Shown piece after piece: positions 38,046-64,000 of a stretch of DNA of 64,000 nt. The notes under the pieces are model-generated. The model saw only the letters and a list, made by a program, of their open reading frames with translations, made no database searches and was not told where the DNA came from. Numbering within the stretch: position 1 is the stretch's first letter; every line of letters starts with the position of its first letter. The position numbers were made by a program, and so were the translations under genes. Source of the stretch: Ophelia neglecta (Eukaryota); NCBI GenBank assembly GCA_965285935.1, contig OZ260667.1, positions 23,994,001-24,058,000 on the forward strand. Reading direction: 5' to 3'.

Positions 38046-41000
38046 ATGATAAAAAGACGGTATGTGACGGTGCTTTTGACGGCATGTTTAAGTGTGTGCT
38101 GGATCGATTGTCAGTGGGACGGAGGGTTCAATCGACAGTGGGATGATCGATGGCCGGGAAACCAGGACAAACCGTACTGCCCTCCAGACGCACAATGGCC
38201 GTGCTGGGAACCCCCATTCTACCCCTACGATCAAATCTTCAGAACAGTCGTCAATATCGGCGAAGTGGTCGGTCGCTCCATGATATATGCACAGTATAAA
38301 TACATAAATATATTCCTAGGAATCCCTTATGCCAAACCACCTCTTATAGAGAGGAGGTTCAAGGTAAGTCAATTATTATGAGATTGCTATTTCCCATAGG
38401 AGGGGGTGGGGGGAAATCCTTGCTCTGCGGTCGGACTTCATTACTAAACCTGTCTGAGAACGCGCTTATTCTGTGACAGTACCCCACCCCTATCAGAAAC
38501 CCTGCTGGTTCTTTGACCCCCCCCCCCCCAAACACAAACACACAGACATACCCACCCATCCTCTCTACCTGGGTAAGTTTAAATTGCCCTGCAAACCTCC
38601 ATTTCTATTTGCGCACTCTAATATAGCTGGAAGTGAATTGCTATGTATGTATTGTTGATTTTTACATGAGGGTGTCACGATTCTTTGCCCCTCCCCCCTC
38701 CCCTTACACCTCCACCACCAAAGATGTGCCCCTCCCTCCCTCCCTTAATAAATTACCACACCCTTAAATATGATATTATATAAAAAATAAAAGGAGGGGG
38801 ATTTCCTAGTTTGAATATGCTTAAGAAGTATTTTAGTGTCACTAGAAATTGACACATTAATTACATCTATATATAGTCTCTTTCACATTGTGTTTCTTTT
38901 TGATATTAAGTAATTTCAAATAGAGCCTTTATTGATACATATAATATAGCCACATAAGTGATGATTTTATGCGTTTTAGTTACTATTGGGATTCACCAAT
39001 ATTTATACATTCTTTACAGTCTTTCAAAGAAAATTTCACTACTCTAAATGCTATAATTATAAATATAATGATAATAATAACGTAATTTAAATTTCCAGAT
39101 GCCTTATTCACTGTCAGTTGGTACATTTGTTTGTAACAGCTAGAATTGTTTAAAAAAATATTTATAAAAAGAAATATAAACAATTAGAAGCTATTTTACC
39201 TAAAAATGCCTATACTTGATGGTTTGCAGCCCCCGGAGGATCCAGGCCCCGGATGGGACCAGGGCATTCGGTACTGGGATGCCTCTTACTACAGAGATGC
39301 ATGTCCATTTGAGCTGTGGGACTACCAGGATAAATACTCAGTCCAACGGAATATGAGTGAAGACTGTCTTCATCTCAATGTATTTGCGCCCAATGTAAGT
39401 GACAATTTCTGCTAAATTGTTTTAAATAATTGCATCTATCTGAGAATTTAATAAATAGTTATAGTCAAATACACTGCTGCAGGCTAACAGCCTATAAGAA
39501 TGCCATTAAACTAACACAGCCTAGTTATTTTTGTATATTTTGAATAGGATTGAAATATCATAATCTTGGCAGCCAATATCATAAGAAAGAAATAGCACTT
39601 GGAATAAGGGGAAAAACTGGCAAAACACATATTTAAAAATCTATTTTTTAAAAAGTTCTAAAATTAAAATCATGCTTGGTATGACAATTCTTGCATTATA
39701 AATATGACATTTCTTATTAGCTGACAGATCGCCCACCACTCTCAAACAGAAACTATCCTGTTCTTGTCTTTGTCCATGGAGAGGACTACAAGAATGGTGA
39801 TTCCCTGCAATACCCTGGTCACATTCTGGCCAAGAAAGAGGTCCTGGTAGTAACATTCAACTACAGAATGGGAGCATTAGGTTCGTAAAAACATGCAGTG
39901 CTATGATAGATAGTGATATTTAACAAGAGAATGAGGGCAGTCAGTAGGCAGCAACATTCAGCACTGTTATATGCCTAGTATCATATTAAAATACAAACTA
40001 CATTTTGTATGTCCATGATTATATAGAAAGTAATTAGGATACATATTAAATAAAGTTGCAAAATAATTTTAACCATGGTTTCACTCAGTTGTCTGATTGA
40101 ATTTGAATATTTGATTTGTTGCTTATTATATTTTTCAGGCTATCTCAGTACTTTGGACAGCTATGCTCCAGGAAATTATGGTTTATATGACATATTAAAG
40201 GTATTAGAATGGATACGCAAGAACATATATGTGTTTGGGGGTGACCCGAACAAGGTGACTCTGGTTGGCTCTTCTACTGGGGCTTCATCCATTGGCCTGC
40301 TCCTCTTGTCACCAAAGTCCTATATTAACTGTAAGTGTTCTAACAGTCTTCCTAGGAAAATGATTTAATAACCACTTTATTTTAGTTCCACTGGCAGTGT
40401 TGCTCCAAAATGATGCTTTACAAAATAGACAACTTGTAAGATTAATTTGGGAAATGGCCAGACAAATATGAAAACACCAGGTTTCCGCTGGAGAGCAATT
40501 TGTTCTTGAATCTCAATTGTTTCCATGGATATCAAATTCAGAGAGTGAGCACTACACTGTGGAATGGAGAAACAATATACATGTACCTTTGTTCTGATTT
40601 TCATTAAAACGCCCTCCTTGACAAAAAGAGATTTCTGCCAGCAGAGGCTCAGATCATTTCAAATTGTTCAAATGAATTGTATAACCAATATACCAGCCTA
40701 TTATATTAATGGAAGCAAACTTGTTAGTCCACACAAAAGTGTAACAGATGCCTGCCTGTGGATATTAAGAAGTTTATCAATATCTTCTATTTCTTCCAGT
40801 ACAACCACTTTTCCACCAGGTGATCATGATGAGTGGAACTGATCTCTGTGAGTTTGCTTACGTGGATGTCATATGGAATGCTGATGCTAGCACCTATGCA
40901 CGAGACCTTGGTCGCAATGTGGGCTGTGACCCGGAGTATAATCTACCCAACCGCCAGCTCGTGGAATGTTTGAGATACAAACACTATGACGAAATAGTGA

Positions 41001-43671
41001 ATGGCACTGCTGGAATCTATAGAAGGGTAAGCTGGTTTTACAGTTCAATGAAGAAAATTCTAACAATTCTTAAATGTGTGATAATTAAAAGTGCAGTACT
41101 CGTATAAATTGATCATGCAAGTGTGAAAATTCATTATACTAATATCTCATAAAAATATTAAAGATATGTTAATTCATTCATAAAGATATAAAAAACATGT
41201 TTAATACATTTAACCTGAACTTTATGATAGGTGCATTCCTTAAAATATCATAATACGTTACAGTATGGCTCCATGGCCGGCCCTTTTGGTCCAGTTGTAG
41301 ACGGGGTTATATTAACCAAACCACCCAAAGTACTCAGGGAAGAGAAAAACTTCATGAGAGTTCCAATTATAACAGGAGTCACCAGAGATGAGGGGTCTTA
41401 TATTGTCAGTAAGTAATTAATCAAAAAACTATAAAGTGGATGTAAGAACTTGTAAGATCATCAATTTCCAGCCTTAAAATGTCAACACTCTTTTTTCTTT
41501 GCAGGAAACATCACTAAAGACATAATAGGTTTGAAGATAGAAGATGGCATGGATCCTGGGACATTTAGTGAAATCATTCGTCAAATCGTCAGGCAGCGGC
41601 CTCACATTCTCAACATTGAGGAGGTGGTCGGAGCCATGGAGTTTGAGTACACCTTCTGGGCCAAACCTGATAATAAGACCGCTGTCAGGCAAAACCTCAT
41701 TGATGTATGTGCTCAGTCATTGTGGTGCTTTAAGTTTCCTATCAATTGGTTCTGTGTTTAAAAATAAACTGCATAAGAAGACTTAATTAAGTAATAGCAC
41801 TTGTTTTTAATACTAATTGTCTATAACTTGGCACCTGGCATCTGGATTCAGGTAAGACAAGAAGTTAGCTACCAGCTCACAGGGTATAAATCATCTAGCT
41901 TTTATTTCTTACAAGTTCCATAAAAAGGTTAATAACTTGGTGGTTAAAAGCCCAGATTGATTTTACTTTTGTTCCTGTAGTTGTGGTCAGACATGGTGTG
42001 GGGTTCCTGTATGGATGAGGCCCTCAAGTTCCACGCGTTTTGCGATGCTACAGACCATAACTGTAAACCTGCCTATATGTATGTGTTTGACCACCGGTCT
42101 GAGTATGAGATCCTGCCGCAGTGGATGGGTAAGGCTGTAGACTATTTATCTCTGTTTTGTAAGAAGTGTATAATTATGTAAATATAATCACATATTATAC
42201 TATTAGGTCCAAGGACCTAATAGTATAAAATCACAGGAAGTGATATGCGTAAAGATAAAAATTGTTGTTATGCAAACTGGCTATCGTGCCTCTTGATATT
42301 AATATGTAATACACGAACATTTGGGGAATAAACAGCCCTAAAAATGACCATTATGTGAAATAATTATATCTTACTGATTCCCTTTTTCTTCTTTAAGGTG
42401 TTCCTCACCACAAAGATGTAGATTATTTGTTTGGTCAGCCATTTTTTAACGAGACCCTTGGTAACATTACTGGGATCATTCCCGAGCAGTTTGACTGGAC
42501 GTATCTGGACAGAAACATCAGCGAATTTATTCAGGACATGTGGACCAACTTCACCAAATATAGGTAAGCTAACATCGAAGTGCAACACACACTGTTTGCT
42601 ATGTTTCAATAGTTCCAACAGGATGTTAATACCAAGTTGATAGATACCTTTTTGGCTTACATCACTAGAAAATGAGTGTTTTTTAAAAGAACTTCATAAC
42701 ACCCATAAAGCAGAGAGAGGCAAACTATTATTAGTTTCTAAAGACAAGGTAGTATCTGTTTTATCTTGAAATAAATTTAACAAAGTATAAATTATTATTT
42801 TGCAGTGATCCCACCACAGAATGGAAGCGAAACGTAACCTGGTTTCCCTTCCACCAGTACAATCTCAGCTACCTACACATATCAGAATATAGCTACATGG
42901 ACATCAACTTCCGACAAAATCACTATGCCTTCTGGAGAGAATACTTCCCAATTGTGTCTAAAAGACTGCCGAGTAAGTATAAAATCTATTATGTTGGTAA
43001 TCACATTCCAAATGACAGATAGCTAGTTGCATGGACATCTTTGATCAGGTACATTGTACATAGGGCTGTCAAATGCCATAACCAAAATTAGGTTTGTTAC
43101 TTTAGCAAAGAAAACCATTTATAATAAGGTAACCTCAAAATGCACATGGGAGTTGGAACAAATATATATGTTGCTATGAAGGAAGCCCACAAAAGCCTGT
43201 CTAAACCTACAACAAAAATCCAAGTCCACAATTTCAGTTTTTTGAATTGAAAACTCAAAGGCGAACATTGACCTGCTGGGACTTGAACCCACAAACCATT
43301 GGGTACCACCACCTAGCCCAACAATACCAGCATCTGTTACTATTGTGGCACATCTCCATCCCCATGAATATTTTGAGAGAATATTTCATGTTTAGAATTT
43401 TTAAAAATAGATTTCACCAAAAAGATCATTATGTCCAAGGTTTGTCTGTCAATATACAGTTTCTGGCTTTTGTGTTAATAGATCTCTTAAACAATATAAT
43501 CTGTTTCTTGTTGCAGTTACAACGACACCTCAGCCAACGCCCCACCCTCTCATTGAGTATCAGTTTGCCACCTGGTCCTTGTTTGGTGCCTGCATTGTGA
43601 CAATAGTAGTAATCGGGGCTCTAGGCATCGCCATTTGGCGTCGAGGCAAATCAGAAGCAGATGAATATTAA
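38046..43671 (+). CDS. Type-B carboxylesterase/neuroligin-like single-pass membrane protein, 11 exons
   Basis: Signal peptide; [13 protein letters not shown]; [10 protein letters not shown]; VFVHGEDY; FNYRMGALG; GNYGLYD; [16 protein letters not shown]; TRDEG; GVPHHKD; C-terminal TM then [10 protein letters not shown]. Exons approx. 38046-38363, 39230-39394, 39721-39880, 40139-40330, 40800-41026, 41284-41412, 41505-41704, 41981-42128, 42398-42563, 42806-42972, 43517-43671. Confidence 0.9.
42195..42228. repeat. 16-bp perfect inverted repeat (intronic palindrome)
   Basis: ttatactattaggtcc-aa-ggacctaatagtataa. Confidence 0.85.
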
Positions 43672-46600
43672 TTCTATCTGCTCCATAGATGGAGGAAAAA
43701 ACAATAAATTATTTTATAACTTGAAATAATGCCGATACCCTCTGTAACAAATATGTACAGATGTAAATATATGTATTGAACAAGCTATTATTGAACATAT
43801 GGGTCTATGTTTTTACTATATATCAGTCTCACCGTATTTACATAAAATAAGTTCCAAATGATCAGCATTTATGTGTATATATATTTGACTCTTATGTATA
43901 CCACTACAATTTTTCATAAGATTGTTACTAATAAAATGTTATATCGTAAGATTTATAATTATGTTAAATGATATTTTCATATTTGTCTCTCCTGTTCACT
44001 TCGATACATTCCACTGTGTGTACATGTGTGTACATGTTCATTAATGATAGATCATTTATTCATTGTTGAAATCACTAATTCTTTACATAATTAAGTTAGA
44101 ATTCATTGAAGTCATATATATTCTCCATTCTCCGGAAATAATATGACGTTTCTTCATATAAAAAATGAAACATATGAAGTGGGATAAATTGCTTTGGATT
44201 CTTCAGCTGTACTCTATGATATGTTATTATAACAAAAAATGCGCTACCTACAGAAAAGAAGTAGCGGGATAGTAGGTGTCAATGTCTTTATTTAAAAGTA
44301 TTTCAAGTAATTTCATAGCGCCTTTTGATGTGAAAAAGGCAACTGTATTGTCTTGACCATTAGTGCATTTAATTTCTACTGTGCCTATGGCTTGAGGGTA
44401 TCTTTAAGCTCTGCTTATTATCCCTGGGATATTCATGGGAGGAATTTGCCAAGGTGGGGAAGGATTTGCTAATCGCAAAAGTCTTCTTGTAGTGAGAGCA
44501 AAAACAAAATCAAACAATATTGCAAATTTATATCCTGTGCCAAAAGAGACTACAGTACTGTAATTGTTCTTGGGTTGGTACTTATCCAAATACATCGTTC
44601 AAGTTATAGTTGTTATTTGATATTATGTCCCTTGCATATTGACATCCATGTGTACAGAGTGCCTTGTATATGACCTGGTCTTTCAATCATTCATTAGGAG
44701 CTTAGGAATTATTGTACTATGTCAATGAATGAGGTTCCAATATTCTTAATATTCATGTAGGTGGGATATTATATTAAGGACGGTAGAACCCTAATATTTT
44801 GCAAACCCCTTTTACTTTACCTAGGAAGCCAGAAATCTGGTAATTGAAAGGCTGGCTTGCAAACACTGGTGACTTTGACATATACTATATATTATAAAGC
44901 TCAAAAATAACTTTTGAGGTTGAATAATTGGTTTTCCAAAACGGCACAAAAAAGTAGGGCAGTGATATCCATTCAGTCCCAAACACTCTTCATTGGAGTA
45001 CATGCTCACTTGTTAAGAAACATTGTATCCTAGTCCAAACTGATAAACCTGATATATGCCAGCTTTTAGTATACTTGCAAATATAATATATAAGTCAGAA
45101 TAATCATGGTTGGGATAATGATGGTAAGCTAAAATGATTCACTTATTGAACAAATTGAGTCAAGTGTTAAGCACAGTAAATTGTACTGGTCTTTTAATAG
45201 AAGAGTATTTTGATTGACTATTTAACTGAGGCTATAGTGAAGACTAGTCATGTCAATATTACAGCATCTATGTATATAGCCACATCTGCCACTTAAGTAA
45301 AATGGCCCCGGAATGAAATGCTTTTTATATCAAGTAGAAATGTTTGCCATAGATCAAGTAGAAATGTTTTCCAAAGATCTACAAAAAGTATTTTAGTTTC
45401 ATTAGCACTCCATGTGTACCAACTTATAACCCCACGTTAAAAGTGCTAGTTGCCCTGGGAACTGTAGGACTAGATTCTATTTGAATATAAAATTGCTGAA
45501 AAATAAATTTGGAAAATCAAATAAACATTTCGGTTTTCTGTGTTGTTTCATCTTTTACCAGCAGGCGATTGCTACCAGTAATGACCTAAAGTGCATGTGA
45601 AAAGCCTACTCCGGAACTTGAGTTATGAAATGTCCCTCTATTGTTCATTAATGGATCAATTTGCTCAGCAAGTGCAGGCCCTGGGAGAAATTAGTTCAAA
45701 TAATTTGCTTTAATTCATCAAGTAACACAGACATTTAATTTAAGTCCCCTGGAATTTACACCAGACATTACAGCCCCTTCATGTAAAGTGCATGTGGACC
45801 CCAGTGTCATCAACTTATCAAGGATTTGGATTTTGGATTTTTGGGGCTTAACAACACATAGCCCCGAAATCAACTTATCCTGGCATGCCAGGCACATATT
45901 GGATTTTGTAAAGTTAGAAATGCTGAGGGAATTTATTTTGCAATTTGCATGTACATTTTCAAATTAATTCTGGCGAGCACATCTAACTGACCAGCAGTCT
46001 GTGCTGAGACTGATGGACCATTAAATAAAATTCAACACAGTGGCAGGTTGCAGTTATTCCCTAATAAATGTATCATCATAAATCTATCATCAAATAACAG
46101 ATACAAAAACTTGAATTTTTCACAACAATATAGAAGATTTATTGACACCTGCTGTTTGATATCAAATCATGCAATGATTTATACAATAATTCATATTATG
46201 ACTATCTGTTTATTCTCAGGGACATTCTGTTAGTCCTGATGGAACGAATTATGTCTAATGTGATACAGAACACACTTATATGTAGTTTCACTGCCATGTG
46301 GTTTGTGTCCAACTTCTATTTTTTTCCTGCCAAAGTTTCAAGTGCAACAACACAACAACGACGCGATAAGCAAATCGTGAGTAGGGTACCAGTAGATTGT
46401 ACTTTAAAATTTCCTAAATGTCCAATGATAAAGCTGGACTTGCCTTACATTCATAAAAATATACTAACTAATAGCAGCAATCACATAGAAAATAAATTAT
46501 TACACATATTATGGGAATATTATTATTCAAGTCATTACAGTAACTCGCACCATGAGTGAATTAGTTCCATAATAAAGAACACCCTGATGTATTATATAAT

Positions 46601-46955
46601 GTGCCACAATTATCAATTTTTCTTTTGATAACATCAATGACAAACACAGAAAATCACAGCACACTATTGAAGCTATTACCCCGAGAGCTCCGAGACGACA
46701 ACAAGGATTCTATATCTAAACATCAAAAAAAGACACTAAATATACCTACTGTAATCATATTGATAAGAACAAAACAGTCACACTGTTCAATGAGCTACCA
46801 CAAAATAAAAGCAAAATGGCAGCCTGTTTTAAATGCAAATTTTAACAAAATTATTCCACACAAAATAAGAAAAGAAACGATTCGTAATCCTCTGTATTAG
46901 ACTATCATCTGTTCTAGAATGGAGACCAGTCTAATCCACATCATCTCCTCAGGGT

Positions 46956-59643
<12,688 letters not shown>

Positions 59644-60756
59644 CTACGTTGACTTATTTGTATGGGCATCTGCTTGGTAATGTTGGAAATGCCTGCAAAT
59701 TCAAGTCATCTGAGGTTTCATACACTCTACTCTAGCACATAACAATCTGCAAACAAAACTGTAGGTTTTAACTGTCATGATCTGGAAGTAAAATGTTATC
59801 AGTGTTTTAAATTTTATCAAACCAGAGTTTTGCTCTGTTGGACTTTTGACCTTTTAAAGTGATGAAAAATACTGACTTTTTTCTGTACCTTATATACCCT
59901 GTTGAGAAGCTGTATATACCATGCCTGGATACATAAAAACACCCAAAAAAGAATACAAATATATATATATTGTTTCCTTTATACCCCACAGACTTCGTCT
60001 GGCCATCATCAAGCTAGGACTACAATGGAATGTATGTGAGGCATGTGATACAGAATGCCAAGCTCCATGTTCCCACATGTTGGTTAATTTTGATGACTTT
60101 TTGCGTTTTCAGGGTCAAACTATATGGGCAGAGCTACAATGACAAGCCTCCAGGCTAACATTAAAAGGAATATGCACAGGCAAACTGTTGTGTAGGGGAC
60201 ATCTGGCCAAAATATATATATACATGTACCATGCTGCTTGCAGTGATTCTTTGGTAGGCCAGACAAAGAAGTCAATTGTCTCATGCTGCCATTTGCACTC
60301 TTTTCCGTCTTTCATGACATCCTCACTTATCTATCGTTAGCCCGATCAATGCTATCAAGTTTTCACATTTGACATTGCAAAGGGTCTATTTTATAGGTCA
60401 AATTACCATAATTATGAATTCAGCATTGATTCTAGCAGTTAAAGCCTACCAAGAAGCACATTGAAAACCTATGGGAATAAAATGATCACATCATATCCAG
60501 TTTTTAGATTTGACCTTGGTGTTCATTTTAAAGGTCAAATTAGCAAAATGACCAATTCAGCCTTTATTTCAGCAGTTAGAGCCTAGAAGTACATAGTTAA
60601 CCTACAGGAAACCACATTTTTTGCTTCTTATCAAGTACTCAGATTTGCCCTTTTTAACTAAAAATAGACAACATCAATCTTGCTATTTATATTTTGACAG
60701 GAGTGGAATGTATGACAAACATGTTCACTATATCCTTTTCAATGGATGGGGGCTTG

Positions 60757-61153
60757 CCCGGGGGGGGGGGGGGGGGGGGTTCTCACTATTTGGAGGTGGG
60801 TAGGTAGGCTCCACTTGAAAGACCCCCCTTTTTTCAGGTCACATAGAATTTTGATACCTACTTTTTGCATGCAACATAGAATTTTGACCCTCTGTTTTCA
60901 CTCAACATAGAATAAAGCCCCTCATTTTTAATGATACAACACCTGATGAGAGTTAGTGTCCAACATGTCTGCAGGCATTATGTAAGCACTGAGTGAGCAG
61001 AGCGCTGCTCCTGCCAGATGTACTGGGGCCAACAGCCTTGTGGAGGCAGCCGCTGAAACATAGATTTTTGACCCCTGTTTTTCTGAAAAACATAGAATTT
61101 AGACCCCCATTTTTAGGACAGACATAGACTTTTTACCCCCCAGGGGGGGGGGA
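60757..61153. mobile_element. CCCGGG/poly-G-ended non-autonomous element with internal catagaattttgaccc repeats
   Basis: GGCTTGC occurs at both ends; about six internal cataga(a)tttt(g)accc motifs. Confidence 0.6.
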
Positions 61154-61959
61154 GGCTTGCTTTTTTAAATACTTTGTGTATTGTTTAATTATGTTGGCAG
61201 TCCCGAACATGGAGCATATTTTGTTCCTATGTACCATTTTGTTTAACAAAGGAATCATGCTTGATCAAAAGTAATTCACTATTAACTTATCAACAGTTTT
61301 ATAAATATTTGTTAAAATAATTAATATTTTTGGCTAGTTTGAGATAGGCATGGATACTAGTGTAACAACATGAGTACAAAGTATAAAAGAAGTCACAGTA
61401 ATTAGCACTTTTGAATAAACTTGTTTGGCATTATGTGCTGTTTCAACTTTCAAGTTCTGGCTTCTGTTTGCTATATGCTATGTTAATGAATCTTTACTAA
61501 ATATCTTAAAAGCAATTTAATTATACTACAAAGAATGAACATTTTGTCAATTAATATACAGTAATCACTGCAATGCTTCCATAAAAGGGCATTGGAATAC
61601 CAATATGATACCAATGCACACTGGATTATCGGTTGACAATCAAGCCCAGGTCACACCTTTTAAAAAGTAAACAAAAAAGCCCTGAATAGCCGTGAGTCAT
61701 TCAAGTTAATAACGAAAAGCTTCCTTTGTACTCAAAGTGGAGGCCTTCAAAAATGTAGCTATATAAACTATGCCATAACATATATATGTATACATGTATA
61801 TACATTTTTCTAAAAGGCAATTGGATAATGGTAAATTCATTCTGGTGGTGGTCCACTCAGCATGATCATGAGGCACAAGTGAGTGTTGCATGGTTGCTGA
61901 ATATAACAATGTTGCCAAATGAATGGAAAAACGTAAAGTTGTTCAACAATTGCTAGGTC

Positions 61960-62145
61960 TACCTTAACAAACGGGACCCGTCGTCTTCCTGTTGATTTCA
62001 AGCTTAAATATAGCCAGAACTGATGATGTAAACCAATTTAGTAAGCAGATAAGCGCTTTGTTTTACATTTGACTGTTCGAGTCAGCTGGAAATTTACGCA
62101 AAACAATATAACTTCCGTTGAAAATATCCACCAGGTGGCATCATC
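61960..62145 (-). promoter_or_regulatory. Probable PHTF promoter/non-coding first exon with ETS-like (ACTTCCG) and CTCF-like (CCACCAGGTGGCA, 62128-62140) motifs
   Basis: Minus-strand donor AAG|gtagac near 61962, local CpG enrichment, and motif matches by eye. Confidence 0.45.
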
Positions 62146-62588
62146 TATCGATACCATAATGTCACGCATATAAACGCAAGCGCCTATAGTTTTCGCCTTT
62201 TTTTGCTATCAAAAAGGTTCCAAGTGTTTCGCACATAACTGAGTATAAACCATATTCGAATATAAGCGAAGGGTGTACTTACATTCGAATTGCGAGTGTT
62301 CTTTAATATGAAAGAAGCGTCGACACACTTGTGACCTGCCCTGGCAAATGTTCAATGCTCAGAAATCTATTATAAATTACAATGAAACTACTTTTTAGCA
62401 TCATTAACGTTACATTTGTTACAGCCTGTTTATTTTGATTTGATTCATAGCTAAATTCTGTTTAGGATGAAAGGGCTAAATGGGTATCTTTTTACAGCCC
62501 GTGACTTCGCTTATATCAGTATCTTCGAATATAAGCGTATGCGTTTATTATTATGCGCGACAATACGGTAGTTAAAATAGCGTTGTAA

Positions 62589-63619
62589 CGGTTTCTAGAC
62601 CTTTCGTCACAAGTCACTTTCGTCAAAAGACGGTTCGTCATAAAGGTGGTTCGTCGTGTGACGTTTCGTAAAATATATTAGACGTTTCGTCACAATCTAT
62701 AAGACCCTTCGTTACTTAGATCTACCTGTTATTATTTTCTTTGATTATTTACGTGCCAAGAGGAATTTCGTGCCCGAAAATAATAGCTTTTGATTTCATA
62801 AACAAGGCAGGTATAGAGCATTTGGAGAAAACATAATGGAAGTTAACATCATATGAAAGGTCACTGGACACCTTTAGGTTTACACTGCGTAACGGAAGTA
62901 ACATAATCTTGTAGCGTTATGAAATCATGATCTTGCGGCTAAATGTGCTGTTGTTAGGATGATTTGATTGTTTTTTCGGTCAATACTCCTGATGTGTATG
63001 GTCTCAGATTGTAAGGAAACCTATTCCCAAAATCGAGTTTTCTAGAATCATCTCACTTGTAACCCAGATATGCCATGTCAGCTATGAAAAAATCAATTTT
63101 TTCGTGTGAAATGCTGCAACTACTGAAACAGATTTGTCATATCAATGTAGGAACTACTAAACAGATGCTGGTGAGAGGTATTAACAATTTCATTTTTAAA
63201 CCCGGTCCATAAAAAAAACCTGAGCACTTGGGAAATCGATAGTCACTTTAGACCTATATAATATTATGGGGCACATTTCTCGCCGTCTCTTTGAATTTTA
63301 GCGACCGTGACGTCATAGTCATTTAATTGCTTTGTTCACGGGTACAACAATAAATTGTTTATTCGAAATTAGTTCAAGAAAATATTTGTTATGTGACAAA
63401 TAGTCTAGAAATAACGATAACAGCAGTTTTTAGTGCAACAATATATTGTTTATTCGAAGTTAGTCCAAGAAAATATTTGTTAAGTGACAAGTCGTACGTC
63501 TAATAAATTGTGCCGAAACGTCTAATATACATCATTTGACGAACAGTCTTTTGACGAACCGTCTTTAGGATGGACAGTCTTATGACGAAAGTGACTTGTG
63601 ACGGAATGTCCAGCAAGCG
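62589..63619. mobile_element. ~1.03-kb non-autonomous TIR element with 6-bp TSD and subterminal TTCGTCA repeats
   Basis: Left end CGGTTTCTAGACCTTTCGTCACAAGTCACTTTCGTCA; right end (reverse complement) CGCTTGCTGGACATTCCGTCACAAGTCACTTTCGTCA. TTGTAA at 62583-62588 and 63620-63625. Confidence 0.85.
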
Positions 63620-63737
63620 TTGTAACACCTTTAATTTCAGCCGGTGTTTCGGCTAGTTTAATCAACTTCCGTAAAGCCCGGTTTTTCCAATTGACCACCA
63701 ATTGAACGGAAAATAATTAGTTATCAAGGACGTGAAA

Positions 63738-63829
63738 ATGATGTCCAGAGCTGTCCGAGCCGAAACAAGAAGTAGAGCAAAGGAAGACATCAAAAGAGTA
63801 ATAACAGCGATCGATAAAGTTCGAAAGTG
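63738..63829 (+). CDS. BCL7: BCL7-family (SWI/SNF BAF subunit) first coding exon; gene continues beyond the window
   Basis: [31 protein letters not shown]|gtatgt matches the conserved BCL7 N-terminal domain. Confidence 0.93.
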
Positions 63830-63898
63830 GTATGTTTTCATCGTCGTTCAGCAATTCTGTCATTGTTCTGGAAACGGGGCACATGAGATAGATTTCAA

Positions 63899-63972
63899 AG
63901 GTGTCCAGTCAACTCGCGCGGGTGCTAACTCGCGCGGAACACAACTCGCGCGGGTGCCAAGTCGCTCGAGGT
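63899..63972. repeat. AACTCGCGCG tandem motifs, probable left end of a TIR element in BCL7 intron 1
   Basis: Three copies of aactcgcgcgg plus one degenerate copy; layout resembles the subterminal repeats of the 62589 element. The other end is outside the window. Confidence 0.5.
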
Positions 63973-64000
63973 TATTTTCCCAGTTATTGTGTTCGGATGG

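Overview
AT-rich, intron-containing animal DNA (invertebrate, probably lophotrochozoan; the species cannot be fixed from sequence). Most ORF-track entries are noise or single exons, so gene models were built by hand from GT-AG splice sites and reading phase. The left third (5.1-21.8 kb) holds a tandem cluster of six small secreted von Willebrand factor type C (VWC)-domain genes in three architectures. Genes A and B are signal peptide + single VWC, and B stops after the 6th Cys. Genes C and D are VWC + a 6-Cys half-domain (brorin/VWC2-like), and D's 5' end looks decayed. Genes E and F are a duplicated pair built like prohormones: the VWC domain is flanked by KR/RR sites and followed by short C-terminal peptides (DFPFI-G-R/GYPF in E; DFPFL/GFPF in F). 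E/F are the best candidate here for an undescribed system. To the right are a small 2-TM ORF, an intronless class A GPCR with altered motifs lying head-to-head with an SLC18B1-like MFS transporter, a membrane-anchored carboxylesterase/neuroligin-like gene, PHTF (minus strand) and the first exon of BCL7. A TIR element sits between PHTF and BCL7. Also present are a ~192-bp tandem repeat rich in 3' splice-site-like motifs, LINE remnants, several MITEs with TSDs, hairpins and CTCF/YY1-like motifs. No database searches were run; family names come from motif recognition.
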